From Octopus vulgaris (Eukaryota): DNA of 64,000 nucleotides. The translations under genes were made by a program, and so were the position numbers. The DNA lies in NCBI GenBank assembly GCA_951406725.2, contig OX597832.1, positions 30,070,001 through 30,134,000 on the forward strand, written 5' to 3'. Under the pieces are notes generated by a model. The model saw only the letters and a list, made by a program, of their open reading frames with translations, searched no databases and had not been told where the DNA came from. This document shows, piece by piece, positions 15,390 to 28,401 of this stretch (positions are counted from its first letter, which is position 1; each line of letters starts with the position of its first letter).

Positions 15390-15566
15390 GCGAATTAAGA
15401 AAGAGGAAAGGTGAGTCAGTGAGAGAGAACATTTTTATGAAAGAGAGAAATATGTAAGATAGTTGAGGAAAAATAGATTCTATTTCAATAAATAAAATAA
15501 TTTTATGCCAGTAAAACTAGGCAGTTTTAGATTATCGAGTGGAGACGATATATTTGAAACCGTGTA

Positions 15567-15684
<118 letters not shown>

Positions 15685-15727
15685 TTTATATATATACATA
15701 TATATACATATATATATATATATATAC

Positions 15728-15773
<46 letters not shown>

Positions 15774-15775
<2 letters not shown>

Positions 15776-15933
15776 GCGCAGGTGTGACTGTGTGGTAAGT
15801 ATCTTGCTTACCAACCAGATGGTTCCGGGTTCAATCCTACTGCGTGACACCTTGGGCAAGTGTCTACTATTGCCTCGAGTCAACCAAAGCCTTCTGAGTG
15901 GATTTGGTAGACGGAAAGTGAAAGAAGCCCGTC

Positions 15934-15934
<1 letters not shown>
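15774..15934 (+). mobile_element. SINE family A 5' half
   Basis: ggcgcaggtgtgactgtgtggtaag...gaagcccgtcg. Confidence 0.85.
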
Positions 15935-15973
<39 letters not shown>

Positions 15974-16392
15974 GCATATACACCGACACACATGCATATA
16001 CATATAAATATGTGTATATATGTATAATACACACATACTGAATGTTTTATTCCATTGCTTAAGGCTCCAAGCTCACAGACAGGTACACATATACACGTAT
16101 ATTAAAGATGTATATATATTCGTGTATATATGCAACATGCACGTGTATGTGTGTATGAGTGTGCGTGCGTGCGTGCGCGTCCGGGGCTTTAGCATGGCCG
16201 CAGTCAGATGACTGAAACGAATAAAAGAGAGTATGTGTGTTCAATCCATGATACTGATTACATATATTATATAGTGTGATGCAGTAGGAGTGACTCAATG
16301 TGCAAGAGTCACTCATGCAGCTTTACAGTAAATAAACATTAAATACCCTCCGGAGTATGTATGTATATGTGTATAATATATAATTTATCAAC

Positions 16393-16461
<69 letters not shown>

Positions 16462-16639
16462 CATCCATTTATCTACCTACCTATCTACCTATCTATCTAT
16501 TATCTATCTATCTTTCGATCTACCTATCTATCTAGCTATCTATATAATGTGCGCTTCCTCAAAAACTGGGTTATCCATGTATGGATATCATAAACTTCTT
16601 AGATCAAAAGCTTCCACAACACACACACACACACATGAT

Positions 16640-16900
16640 TGTCGGACCCAAACGCAGTTGTCTACCCTGAAGCCTTTAGAAAGAACTATCTTTCTATGAA
16701 TGAACACTTAGAAGTCGCTTCCTTCAATACTTCCATTCATTCATTTGAAAGAATATTGGAAATCCACGTAGAGACTTTGGCACTGAGGACTGACGTAACC
16801 ATCAATAACTTAGAAGATAGTTGATAGCAACAAGCCATCCTTTAACGGAGCAGAGATCCGTAGTCATTGTTTAACTGAAAAGAACTGATTCGACAAAAGT
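16640..16900 (+). pseudogene. Possible CRE/NeSL-type LINE remnant
   Basis: Degenerate ...VTINNLEDS**QQAIL..GAEIRS resembles W.QA.LP...GGLGIRS. Confidence 0.3.
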
Positions 16901-17094
16901 AGATAAGGGCATCTTTCACGAAAGCATAAGAATTACAGCCACATACTTCACGTTTGTAATTGGATTAAAGCTTGATTAACTGTGGAGTTTATTCAGTGAC
17001 TGTTTCGTAATAAATTTAACACCTACTTTTTGTATTGAGTGCAGTTAGCTTCCGTTATGTTCAGAGAAACGGATGAGAGAAATAGAATAAAGGT

Positions 17095-17326
17095 TTTTTC
17101 CTGAGTCATATAGATTCATAAGACCGGTTTCGCGGCGTATATATTTCCCACCTGGATGGGACGCCGGTCTATCGCAGGAATCACTCATTTTTGCCAGCTG
17201 AGTGGACTGGAGCAACGGGAAATCAAGTGTCTTGCTCAAGGACACAACGCATCGCCAGGACCAGAAAACGAAACCACAATCTTACGATCAGGAGTCCGAC
17301 ACCTTAACCACTAAGCCACGCACCTC
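17095..17326 (-). mobile_element. tRNA-derived SINE family D
   Basis: Minus strand ggaggtgcgtggcttagtggttaagg...gtgtccttgagcaagacac...ctccagtccactcagctgg. Confidence 0.8.
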
Positions 17327-17328
17327 CT

Positions 17329-17830
<502 letters not shown>

Positions 17831-18452
17831 ATGAAAAGTTAGTCGACGAGGATGAGATGCGAACTCAATGAGACCCCAAATGGATTCACTTATAATTACA
17901 TAAATGTTACAAATAAACGCGAAAAAATTATTTTTATCTTCTTTCTCTCCCTCTTTCTCTCTCTCTCCCCTTCCCTATCTATCATTCTTTATTACTCCCC
18001 CCCCCCTCTCTCTCTCTCTCTCTCTCAACCTCTTTCCACCCCTCCAAGCTCCTCTGTCGCTTCGCATTGCTATTTCACAGTGAAGCGGAGACAGAAGCAT
18101 CTTTTACCGTCACATTTCCAACCGATCCAACCGTGTATGGGATAGGGAGGAAAAGAAAGAAAGAATGAAGGAAAGAAAGAAAGAAAGAAAGAATGAAAGG
18201 GAATGGTGGAAGATTTAAAAAGAGAGAACGGGGAATGTTGTTGGGAATTATTTCCAATGTTAAAATAGGAATAAAATGTGTCCAGAAGTCAGATACACTT
18301 CTCATGCCTGAGCAGAGTAAAAGAGTGAGAGGTTAGGGTGGAGGAGATAAATAAGAGAGAGGAGGAGGAGGTGGAGGAGGAGAGGGAGAGATTGAGGAAG
18401 AAAGGAGAGAAAGGAAGAGAGAAGGAAAAGGATAATAATAATAATAATAATA

Positions 18453-18525
<73 letters not shown>

Positions 18526-18554
18526 GAAGAAGAAGAAGAAGAAGAAGAAGAAGA

Positions 18555-18598
<44 letters not shown>

Positions 18599-18599
18599 T

Positions 18600-18813
18600 T
18601 GTTTGTGTGCAAACAAATATGAATTAAGCGTGAAACCATTTTAATTGGCCATATTTCAAACAATGATATTCTAACGGTTCGTTATTCCATTAAACTGTTT
18701 GTGGACGGCAGCGAACAGATTAGATCTGCAGACATTCAGCCTGCAACACTTGTATTCCAGGCCTTTCTTATTGACAGACAGCATTAAGAGGGAGGGGGGA
18801 GGGGAGGGGGGGG
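18600..18813. promoter_or_regulatory. Candidate enhancer island (Pax-like, homeodomain, Sox, Fox, Meis motifs; G4 at the end)
   Basis: AATTAAGCGTGAA 18622-34, TAATTG, AACAATG, GCAAACA, TGACAG; four G-runs at 18790-18813. Confidence 0.35.
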
Positions 18814-19125
18814 CATCGGAGAGATTCTTTACGAAAAGAAACAAAAAAAAAAGTTCGATTTTTTTCGAGGAATTCTTTGAGACGAAATAAAAAAAAGAAA
18901 AAAGAAAAGAAAAGAAAAGAAAGGAAAAATAGTAGAAATTTTCACATATTTCTGTTTCATTAATTTTTTTTATTCTTCCCTAAAGGAAGGTAAACACAGA
19001 CCTTGGTAGAAATTTGGTTAATTAATTAAAAAAAGTGATTATTAAATTAGGGATATTTGAGAGAGTGAAGCAAAGCTTGTATGTATGTATGTATGTATGT
19101 ATGTATGTATGTATGTATGTATGTA

Positions 19126-19158
<33 letters not shown>

Positions 19159-19817
19159 GCATATGTATATATGTATATATATGTATGCATATATGTATAT
19201 ATGTATATATGCATGTTTGTATATATATATGTATGTATGTATAAATGTATATATGTATGTATATATGTATGTATGTATGTATGTATGTGTATGCATATAT
19301 ATACGTGTATGTATATATATATATATAATATATTATATTAAACACACATATATAATCTATATTAAAATAAACATATATATATATTTATATGTATATATAT
19401 ATATATGACTACTTATAGATATATATATATGTGTGCATTTATATAAGTAAACATATCTATATGTATTGTGTATATATGTGGTTATATATACACTACATAC
19501 AGTTACACATATATACAGAGCTTCATACTTAATACAATCATAAATATATACACATGTACGGTGTATATGTATATATCTTTATACGTATTTATATATTTTT
19601 CACGTTTTGCATGTGTGTGTGAGTATGTACATGTGTATGTTTGTGCACAATTGAGCCACCGTGTGTATGTGTGTGTGTGAGTGGATGTATATTTTTGTTG
19701 AGAGAGGGGGAGAGCTGGGGTATCCGTGTTTAATAACCATAATGTATAGTCAGAGACGTAGCATCAATTCTCTTATATACACAAGCAAACATGTGCATTG
19801 GTGCGAACATTTACGCC

Positions 19818-19856
<39 letters not shown>

Positions 19857-19949
19857 TATAGCTCTGTGTGTGTGTGTGTGTGTGTATAGCTCTGTGTGTG
19901 TGTGTGTATATGAATGTATATATAAATGTGTGTGTGTGTGTGTCTGTAT

Positions 19950-20338
19950 GGAGGGGCAATGGCCCAGTGGTTAGAGCAGCGGACTCGCGGTCGTAGGATC
20001 GTGGTTTCGATTCCCAGATCGGGCGTTGTAAGTGTTTATTGAGTGAAAACACCTAAAGCTCCACAAGGCTCTGGCAGGGGGGTGGGGTGGCGAACCCTGC
20101 TGAACTCTTTCGCCACAACTTTCTCTCCCTCTTCCTTCCTGTTTCTGTTGTACCTGTAATATAAAGGGAGCCAGTCTTGTCACATTCTGTGTCATGCTGA
20201 ATCTCCCCCAATAACTACGTTAAGGCTACACGTGTCTGTGGAGTGCTCAGCCACTTGCACGTTAATTTCACGAGCAGGCTGTTCCGTTGATCGGATCAGC
20301 TGGAACTCCCGTCGTCGTAACCGACGGAATGCCACTGC

Positions 20339-20340
<2 letters not shown>
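19950..20340 (+). mobile_element. tRNA-derived SINE family B, full length
   Basis: Colinear with 22812-23198. Confidence 0.9.
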
Positions 20341-20373
<33 letters not shown>

Positions 20374-20375
<2 letters not shown>

Positions 20376-20510
20376 GCGCAGGAGTGGCTGTGTGGTAAGA
20401 AGCTTGCTTCCCAACAACGTGGTTCAGAGTTCAGTCCCACTGCGTGGCATCTTGGGCAAGTGTCTTCTATTGTAGCCTTGGACCGACCAAAGCCTTGTGA
20501 GTGGATCTGG
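20374..20510 (+). mobile_element. SINE family A 5' half
   Basis: ggcgcaggagtggctgtgtggtaagaagc... Confidence 0.85.
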
Positions 20511-20663
20511 TTTTCCTTTTGACCGGTAAATTTTGGAAAAAAAAACAAACTAGGATATCTGAAGGTTTCGTCTTGTGGTTTTCTGGAACTGAAGGAGATT
20601 TCCTGTCAGTTCATTGGTTATTGGCTCACGTACGTCTCCAGAAGCACCGTTATATGAAAGAGA

Positions 20664-20718
<55 letters not shown>

Positions 20719-20864
20719 GGGTGAGTACGAAAAAATGGCAGAGGAAGAAAGATGTCAACTGTTGTATATCGTTGTGTCAAGTAACTCACACCGAACATGT
20801 ATGTATTGTATGACATAACTTTGTTCTGGTGTCGTCTGATACACACAGTCATGTGATTCAGTTG

Positions 20865-21832
20865 AGGTCAACTGCCACTAAAAGTGTCAATGGCCACACT
20901 ACAGATTAGATAATATTACTAAGGTCAAGCCAAACAATAGAGGTCAGAGTGCACTAATGAAGCTAAATAATTCAGCTGTGGTCAAGAGGTCAACACGTTA
21001 TTCCATACAACAATCTCAATTCAAATATTTTCATTACTAAACTATTTACTCATCTCAACTCTGTTTAGCATAGAATACGCTACGAAGGACTCGCTACCAG
21101 CTCTATTTCGTATAGGCCAGAGAGAGCCCTCAGCCAGCTCTATTACAGTATAGGCCAGATAGAACTTGATGACCTGAGAGTGTGCGTGAATATGTGTGTA
21201 TATGTGTGTGTATGTCTGTTTGTATTTTCCATGTGTGTGTATGTATGTATGTATGTATGTATGTATGTATGTATGTATATATATATATGTATGTATATGT
21301 ATATATATATATATATATGTATATTATTGTATATATATATATATGTATATATACATACACACACATACACACACACACACACATATATATATTTATATAT
21401 ATTATATGTGTATATATATATATGTATATATATATGCTCTCTGCGTTCTGAGTTCAATTTCCGCCGAGGTCGACTTTGCCTTTATCCTTTCGAGGTCGAT
21501 AAAATAATTACCAGTTGATCACTTGGTTCGATCTTATCGACTCACCCAGTTCCCCGAAATTGCTGGCCTTGTGCCAAAATTTGAAACCAACATGAGTCAC
21601 GTGCCTACCACCGTCCTATTTTGCGTGACCTGTTTAAATCTGTCCTCAATCACTTGACATGTGCAAGGCAGTATCACAAGTCATCTGACCTGCCCTGAAT
21701 TAGCTCCATATTCTATTCAAATTATTAATAGTTATGTCCTAATTTAGTCCAATTATCTAATTAAAGGTCAGTAATTCTGTCCTAATTTGAATTTGACCTC
21801 TATATAACAAACACTTTCAGTTCACTTGACCT
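20865..21832. promoter_or_regulatory. Candidate nuclear-receptor-responsive enhancer (10 AGGTCA half-sites)
   Basis: AGGTCA/TGACCT at 20865, 20922, 20941, 20987, 21170, 21626, 21686, 21765, 21794, 21827. Confidence 0.45.
21441..21590 (+). mobile_element. SINE family C partial
   Basis: cgttctgagttcaatttccgccgaggtcgactttgcc... Confidence 0.8.
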
Positions 21833-22575
21833 GGTTATCAGATTATATGTGGTTGACATCTTCGTAAAGATTTTCTGTGATTCCTAACAGAATATGCAAT
21901 TGTCAACCGAGTCTTTTCTGCTATTTCTATAGATGAAATAATACCTGTAATATACTGAGGACTAGTAAGTTAAACACAACCATGTCCCTCTAAAAAAAGA
22001 TTGTATTATGTGTCAAAACTAAGTTATTATTTAGCATTTTATTCCTACAAATATCCAAATTAATTTACCAATATCTAATACAATCATGTCTTATCAATTA
22101 TCTGATTATTATATGCAACTAATTGATGTTTAATTTTGTCAGCTCTGCGTCGCTGTTTATTTTCCTATGTCTACATAGTCCCGAATATATTTTGTCACTT
22201 GTACAAATCAATTTCTGGCAGCGGAGGGAGCACTGAAGTTAAATGCAGGCCAAATCGTAGCAGAAGGCACATCACAATGGAGTACAATGGGGATCGTCGT
22301 TGTAAACAACCAGCAGGTACCACAGAGAAAATAGTCCTTTCTTTGGTTGCTCGAAATATCATTACAACCATGACCAGGCACTGGAAAGTCGTTGCTAACG
22401 AGTGATAGACGATACTACCTCATTTCTATGACTCCGTATTGCAATGAGACAACAAACAATATTATTAGCGCCGGAAGATAAATACTGAGAGAAAATATTG
22501 TCTGTATGTCTGCCTGCTTGTCTGTCTGTCTGTCTGGATGGATGGATGCTTGAATGTACATATGTGTGTATGTAT

Positions 22576-22700
22576 ACAAGCTGTATCAAATGCAGATACA
22601 AGAGATTGCAGGTCCTTTTCGGAGTGACTGACTTGATCGCAATCGTCGGCGTATAAGGGTTCCCCTAATGAGTGAAGTAAAAACCTTTGCTTTTCAAAAC
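22576..22700 (-). pseudogene. Inverted, diverged duplicate of the same RTE RT segment
   Basis: LYADDCDQVSHSEKDLQSLVSAFDTAC on the minus strand. Confidence 0.85.
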
Positions 22701-23449
22701 CCAGAGATGGATATTTACATAAAATAACGAACAACAGGGAATGTTTTTTAAATCTGAAATTCAAAGCAAAGGTTTTTAATTCACTCATTAGGGAACTCTT
22801 GTACGCTGACGGGAGGCGCAATGGCCCAGTGGTTAGGGCAGCGGACTCGCGGTCATAGGGTCGCGATTTCGATTCCCAGACCGGGCGTCGTGAGTGTTTA
22901 TTGAGCGAAAACACCTAAAAGCTCCACGAGGCTCCGGCAGGGGATGGTGGTGATCCCTGCTGTACTCTTTCACCACAACTTTCTCTCACTCTTACTTCCT
23001 GTTTCTGTTGTACCTGTATTTCAAGGGGCCGGCCTTGTCACTCTCTGTGTCACGCTGAATATCCCCGAGAACTACGTTAAGGGTACACGTGTCTGTGGAG
23101 TGCTCAGCCACTTACACGTTAATTTCACGAGCAGGCTGTTCCGTTGATTCGGATCAACCGGAACCCTCATCGTCGTAACCGACGGAGTGCTTCCAGTATA
23201 CGCTGACGATTGCGATCCAGTCAGTCACTCCGAAACGGGCCTGCAATCTTTTGTATCTGCATTTGACACAGATTGTGATAATTTAGGCTTGACCATCAAC
23301 CTGAAAAAAAAACAGTTGTAATGTTTCAACCTGCACGTGGTGCTGTTTGCAGCCCAAATTTTCGTTATGGTAAGTTATTTGAGGGAGATAATTTTCATTT
23401 ATCTTGGAACCTCTGTACAAAATGATTGAAATCTGGACACAGAAATACA
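22700..23449 (+). pseudogene. RTE-clade LINE RT fragment interrupted by a SINE and abutting a Helitron
   Basis: KAKVFNSLIRELLYAD|DCDPVSHSETGLQSFVSAFDTDCDNLGLTINLKK..VMFQPA..YLGT...LDTEIH. Confidence 0.85.
22812..23198 (+). mobile_element. tRNA-derived SINE family B, full length, with 10-bp TSD
   Basis: Head GGAGGCGCAATGGCCCAGTGG (A box)...TTCGATTCC (B box); TSD tacgctgacg at 22802-22811 and 23199-23208. Confidence 0.9.
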
Positions 23450-23844
23450 TCTTTATATATAAAAGAGAGGTTGTGTGCTGTCTGTCTCCTACGATTTAGA
23501 TTCCTAACTACTCCCACATTTTGCGGTGCAGTTTAACCAAAACCGGTATCTTATAGTCGTGATTCATATCGAGCCCTTCTGGGTATTAGCGCGCGTCTAC
23601 GATGAGTCTACGATTTAAAAAAAAAATTACCATCAATTTTTCCCATTTTTAATGCATTTTTGGCATATATAAGAGAAGTAACTCTTTAAAAATTTATTAT
23701 TAAATCTCAGAACGTAAAAAGCTACAGTAACACCCCCACTTTGTGGTTAGCCATATTGAGATGGCTATTATATTTTTCATCTCTAAAAATGCTTATATAG
23801 TTATTTCCCTTACAAACCCGAGCAACGCCGGGCGATACTGCTAG
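23450..23844 (+). mobile_element. Non-autonomous Helitron (395 bp)
   Basis: A|TC 5' end (tctttatatataaaag), subterminal hairpin CCCG-agcaacgc-CGGG (23817-32), 3' CTAG|T, no TSD. Confidence 0.8.
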
Positions 23845-23846
23845 TC

Positions 23847-24465
23847 TGTTCTACGAAGAAATCAACTAATCAGGAATCTAAGACTGAGCGGTGCTCGCCT
23901 CTTTGTTGATCTGTTAATTCAGGACTATGGCGAGTGGAGTTGAGAAATGAAGGGCAGCACGTGCATTTGGTGGTTTGGATGACTTCACTGTGCTCAGTCT
24001 GTGTTGCCTTTTTCTATATCGTGACTATACTTTTAGCACTGGGGATAGTTGTTTGCAACTATCAGTTTTCAAACTGATGCCCCAGTATGGCCGCAATCCG
24101 GTAACTGAAGACATTAGGTTAAAAGAGAAATTGTCTTGCAGTCATGTAACGTACAGGCACACACACACACACACACACATATATAGATGCATGTATGTAT
24201 GTATGTATGTATGTATGTGTGTATGTGTGTGTATGTGTGTGTGTATGTATGTATGAATGCATGCATGCGTGTGTGTATGTATGTGCGTGTGTGCTTAAGT
24301 GTATATGATTAAACACGTAAGAATAAATGTGTATACGAAATAATTCATCAAACCTGATTCTTAATTTAGTGTCCTAATTAATAAGGTCGCTAATGGGATA
24401 TACATACATACATACACACACTCACACACAATATATATACATATATATATATATATATACGTACT

Positions 24466-24533
<68 letters not shown>

Positions 24534-25038
24534 CATACACACACACATACACACACATATATGATTGACCTTTTTTCACTAAAGAGGAAGCCTCCCATTA
24601 AGGTAATATGTCAGTTTGGTCAGCATCATGTTGAGATCTGTCTGTCATCCCTGGCAGAGAGAGATCTGAAGATGATGGACTTTTATTCAATCTGTCCGAA
24701 GTTAATTAGTCTGTGTTTAGTAGAATCTCCATTTAGCTGACACCTACAGTGTTGTGTATGTCCACCTAGTTAACCTGCACACTGTAGGTGTCGACCCTTT
24801 CTTAATTGATGTTTATTATATGCCGCTTTAATTAATCCTTATTAACTATTTATACGATTTACCTGGCATTTCCAGCGTCAATCGCTAAATCACTTCATCA
24901 CAATACAGTATTTTTGTTAATTACGATGATCTCACTAATGACATGACGACTTCATTTCTCAACTCAACTCGTCATGTCCTGAATTAATAGATCAACGAAG
25001 ATGCGAGCACCACTCAGTCTAGATTCCTTCTTAGAACA
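23847..25038. mobile_element. Unclassified element with ~80-100-bp diverged terminal inverted repeats (TGT...ACA ends)
   Basis: 23872-23952 is the diverged reverse complement of 24950-25028; similarity extends to tgttcta / tagaaca. Confidence 0.6.
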
Positions 25039-25188
25039 TTCCACATGGTTTACTTGAGAGACTTGAGGCCGTAGAGCAGTATAACTAGCGTAGATCCTGG
25101 GTAAACTTCAATTATTGTTTCACATTTCAATCCTGGATATTCTAACGCAAAAATTCTGCAGACAAAATCTCAGAAATCTCAACATGAT

Positions 25189-25350
25189 AGGCGCCAGAGT
25201 GGCTGTGTGGTAAGAAGCTTGCTTCCCAACCACATTGTTCCGGGTTCAGACTCACTACGTGGTAACTTGGGCAAGTGTCTTCTACTATACCCCCGGGCCA
25301 ACCAAAGCTTTGTGAGTGAATTTGATAGGCGGAAACTGAAAGAAGCCCAT
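25189..25350 (+). mobile_element. SINE family A 5' half
   Basis: ggcgccagagtggctgtgtggtaag...gaagccc. Confidence 0.85.
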
Positions 25351-25564
25351 CATATGTATATATAAGCAAAACATTCAAACACTAAGATTTGAAATCAGGT
25401 GTGACTACTGTTCATATCATCTGTGGATAAATTCTAAAATTGATATCACCAGCAGTGACATAGGTGGATCGCAGGTGCAACAGCATTCAATAGCTATGAA
25501 TTATAAATTTGTACAAAGCGTAATGATGCTTAACAAGCAGCTACCTGCTAGAAATAAGAGCTAT

Positions 25565-25750
25565 CAGTCATTTCATTGTGGTCATGCTGGAGCATCGCCT
25601 TTAGTCGAACAAATCGACCCCAAGACTTATTCTTTGTAAGCTTAGTATTTATTTTATCGGTCTCTTTTACCGAACCGCTAAGATACGGGGACGTAAACAA
25701 CAACATCGGTTGTCAAGGGATGATAGGGTGACAAACACAAAAACACAAGC
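25565..25750 (-). mobile_element. SINE family A 3' half
   Basis: Reverse complement of the family A tail. Confidence 0.8.
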
Positions 25751-25769
25751 ACACACACGCATATATATG

Positions 25770-26060
25770 GGTTGTGAGTTCGAATCCCGGATCAGGGTGG
25801 GTGTTGTGTTCTTGAGCAGGACACTTTATTTCACGTTGCTCCAGTTCACTCAGCTGTAGAAATGAGTTGCGACGTCACAGGTGCCAAGCTGTATCGGCCC
25901 CTTTGCCTTCCCTTGGATAGTACAGGTGGCGTGGAGAGGGGAGGGGCGGTATGCATGGGTGACTGCTGCTCTTCCATAAACAACCTTGCCTGGACTTGTG
26001 CCTGAGAGGGTAACTTTCTAGATGCAATGCCACGGTCTGTCATGACCGAGGGGGGTCTCA
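25770..26060 (+). mobile_element. SINE family D-related copy with a different tail
   Basis: B box gagttcgaatccc; gtgttcttgagcaggacactt...ctccagttcactcagctg. Confidence 0.75.
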
Positions 26061-26069
26061 ATACTGGCT

Positions 26070-26103
<34 letters not shown>

Positions 26104-26167
26104 AATGTATGTATGTATATATATGTATGCATATATGTATATATATATATGCATGTATGTATGTATG

Positions 26168-26198
<31 letters not shown>

Positions 26199-26349
26199 GC
26201 AAAGCAGGTGGTTCTAAAATCTGTATGAGACGCAAGTGGTAACTCTACGTCCCGTACGGAACGCCGTAACCACTCTTTTTTAACCCCAGGAAGACACCTC
26301 CTCCAGCAAGTTATATATCAATATGTCGGTGTGTGTGTGTGTATCTCTT

Positions 26350-26580
26350 TGATTTTGTGTTTGTCTCCCCCCACCCCACCACCACCACTACCACAACCAC
26401 TTGACAACCAATATTGGTGTTTTTAAGTCACCGTAACATAGCGGTTCGGCAAAATACCCGATAGAATTAGAACTAGCAAAAAAAAAAAAAAAAAAAAGGA
26501 TCGATTTGTTCGACGAAAACCTTTCAAGGCGGTGCCCCAGTATGGCCGCAGTCGAATGACTGAAACAAGTAAAAAATAAA
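26350..26580 (+). mobile_element. SINE family A 3' half
   Basis: ttgacaacc...gcggttcggcaaaa...gcagtcgaatgactgaaacaagtaaaa. Confidence 0.8.
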
Positions 26581-28401
26581 AGATGATGTCTCATATTAAT
26601 AACATTATCACCGAGTACCGTCAATGTGTGAAGAGAGTGTCGTGGTAAATCATTGTATGATGAACCACAATATGAGATTACTTTCTTATAGGTGCAAGTC
26701 CTTAAACGTATAAGGGAGCGGAGTGCGGTTGTATCATCTGAAATGGATATTGCTCGTTTTGTGACCTCAGAGGAGAGAATGGCAAAATCAGCATTAACTG
26801 GATTTGAACTTAGTACGTAGAGAGCTGTAACAAAAAAACTGTCGGACATTTTGCTCCACCGTTCCTTTTAAACCAATCCAATTGCAGAAAGTGTTATTTG
26901 CATATTATGGCTCCTAAAAGTTTTCGAATATGTTGAAAATAAACAGTTAAAGAAATTTAATTGGAAAACTGTCAGATCCCTAGATTTTCGAGGTGTTTGG
27001 TTAAGATTATTTCAGGTAACTAAATAATATAGGGAGAACATTGGAGAGGAAATGGTTTGGAGGGAATTCGGAGAGGAAGAATATTAAATTAGATTACTTC
27101 CATCCAGTAACCTGAGAGGGTAGAAGATATATAGGCGTGAATTAATTCTACCCAAGAAAAACGTCCAAGGGGAGCATCGAACCAATTTGATATTCCAGAT
27201 AGAAATGCAACTGATATGAGTAGAAAATCCGTTTTATGTTTGCAGATAAGCACTTGGTTCCAAAACCAAAATATAAAATAAAGATTTAAAGTAAAAGACA
27301 CCAGAAAACCAGAAGAAAATGAAGATTAGAAAAAGGTCGATAGTTTGAAATATTGGTGAAACTTTTTGATTATCTCAATTACTTTATTTTTCAACATTTA
27401 CCCAGAGTAAATGAAGACAATTTAATTAGTTCTAATTCTGCTCTCCATCCAAAAAGTATTCGATATATTTTAGACGAGCCACGAACCGTTTAGTTTCTTT
27501 CGTTTTTATTTATCCTTGAAAACATTTATTTTTCAGTCTTTCACGAAAACATTCCATAAAAAAATAATTTGCTTCATTTTTTTTAAAAATATATGTTTCT
27601 ATATATTTTTTTAAATATTTATTATTTTCTTTTCATGTCTACCCAACTTCACTGAGGGGAAAAGGTCTCTTTTTTTGTGCCTCTATTTTCGTCTTTTCAA
27701 ATTTTCATTTGTTGTCCAAATGATTGAACTAAAAAACAGTTCTGATGATTACCAACAAAAGGGGACAGCAATAGAAATAATAATAATGATGATGATGATG
27801 CTGATGATGATGATGATGATGATGATGATAATAATAATAATGATAATAATAACAACGTCAATGATATAAGCAAATTATAAACAAAACTGATTGAAGAATG
27901 CAATTGAACTCTTTGAACAAATTGAGAAATGAATGAGTGGGGTGGAAGTAAGGGGGAAAGGTAGTGTTAGGAAGGGAGAGAGGGGAGAAAGAGAGAGAGA
28001 GAAGAGAGAGGGAGGGAGGGTGAGTAAAAGTCAGAGGAAGAGGAGGGAAGTTTGAGAAAGTGTGCAGCAGTGAAGAGAGAATGAGTTGAAATGAATGAGA
28101 GGAAAAGGGGAGGAAAGAATGGAGAGTAAGGAGGAGGGTGAATTGGGAAAAGAAAGGGGGCAGAGAGAAAGAGAGAGAGAGAGAGGAAGAAGTTTGAGAT
28201 AAGTGTGGGAGAGAAGGAGATGATTGAAACAAACAGAAGGAAGAGTAAAGAGAAAGAGAGAGGGGAGAAGTATAGATTGGAAAATGATGAAGGGGAGAGG
28301 GACACCACGTCTGCATGTCCATGTAATCAACTGTGTGTGTGTTTATGTATGTGTGTGTGTCTCTCTCTTTCTTTCCCTATATATATATATATATATATAT
28401 A

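Noticed and set aside
19950-20025. tRNA gene (A/B boxes)
   Set aside because: It is a SINE head followed by a conserved body and tail in multiple copies; no proper cloverleaf.
27252-27281. TWFQNQ match as the missing helix-3 exon
   Set aside because: It lies upstream of the homeobox exon, lacks RRAK and stops after a few codons.
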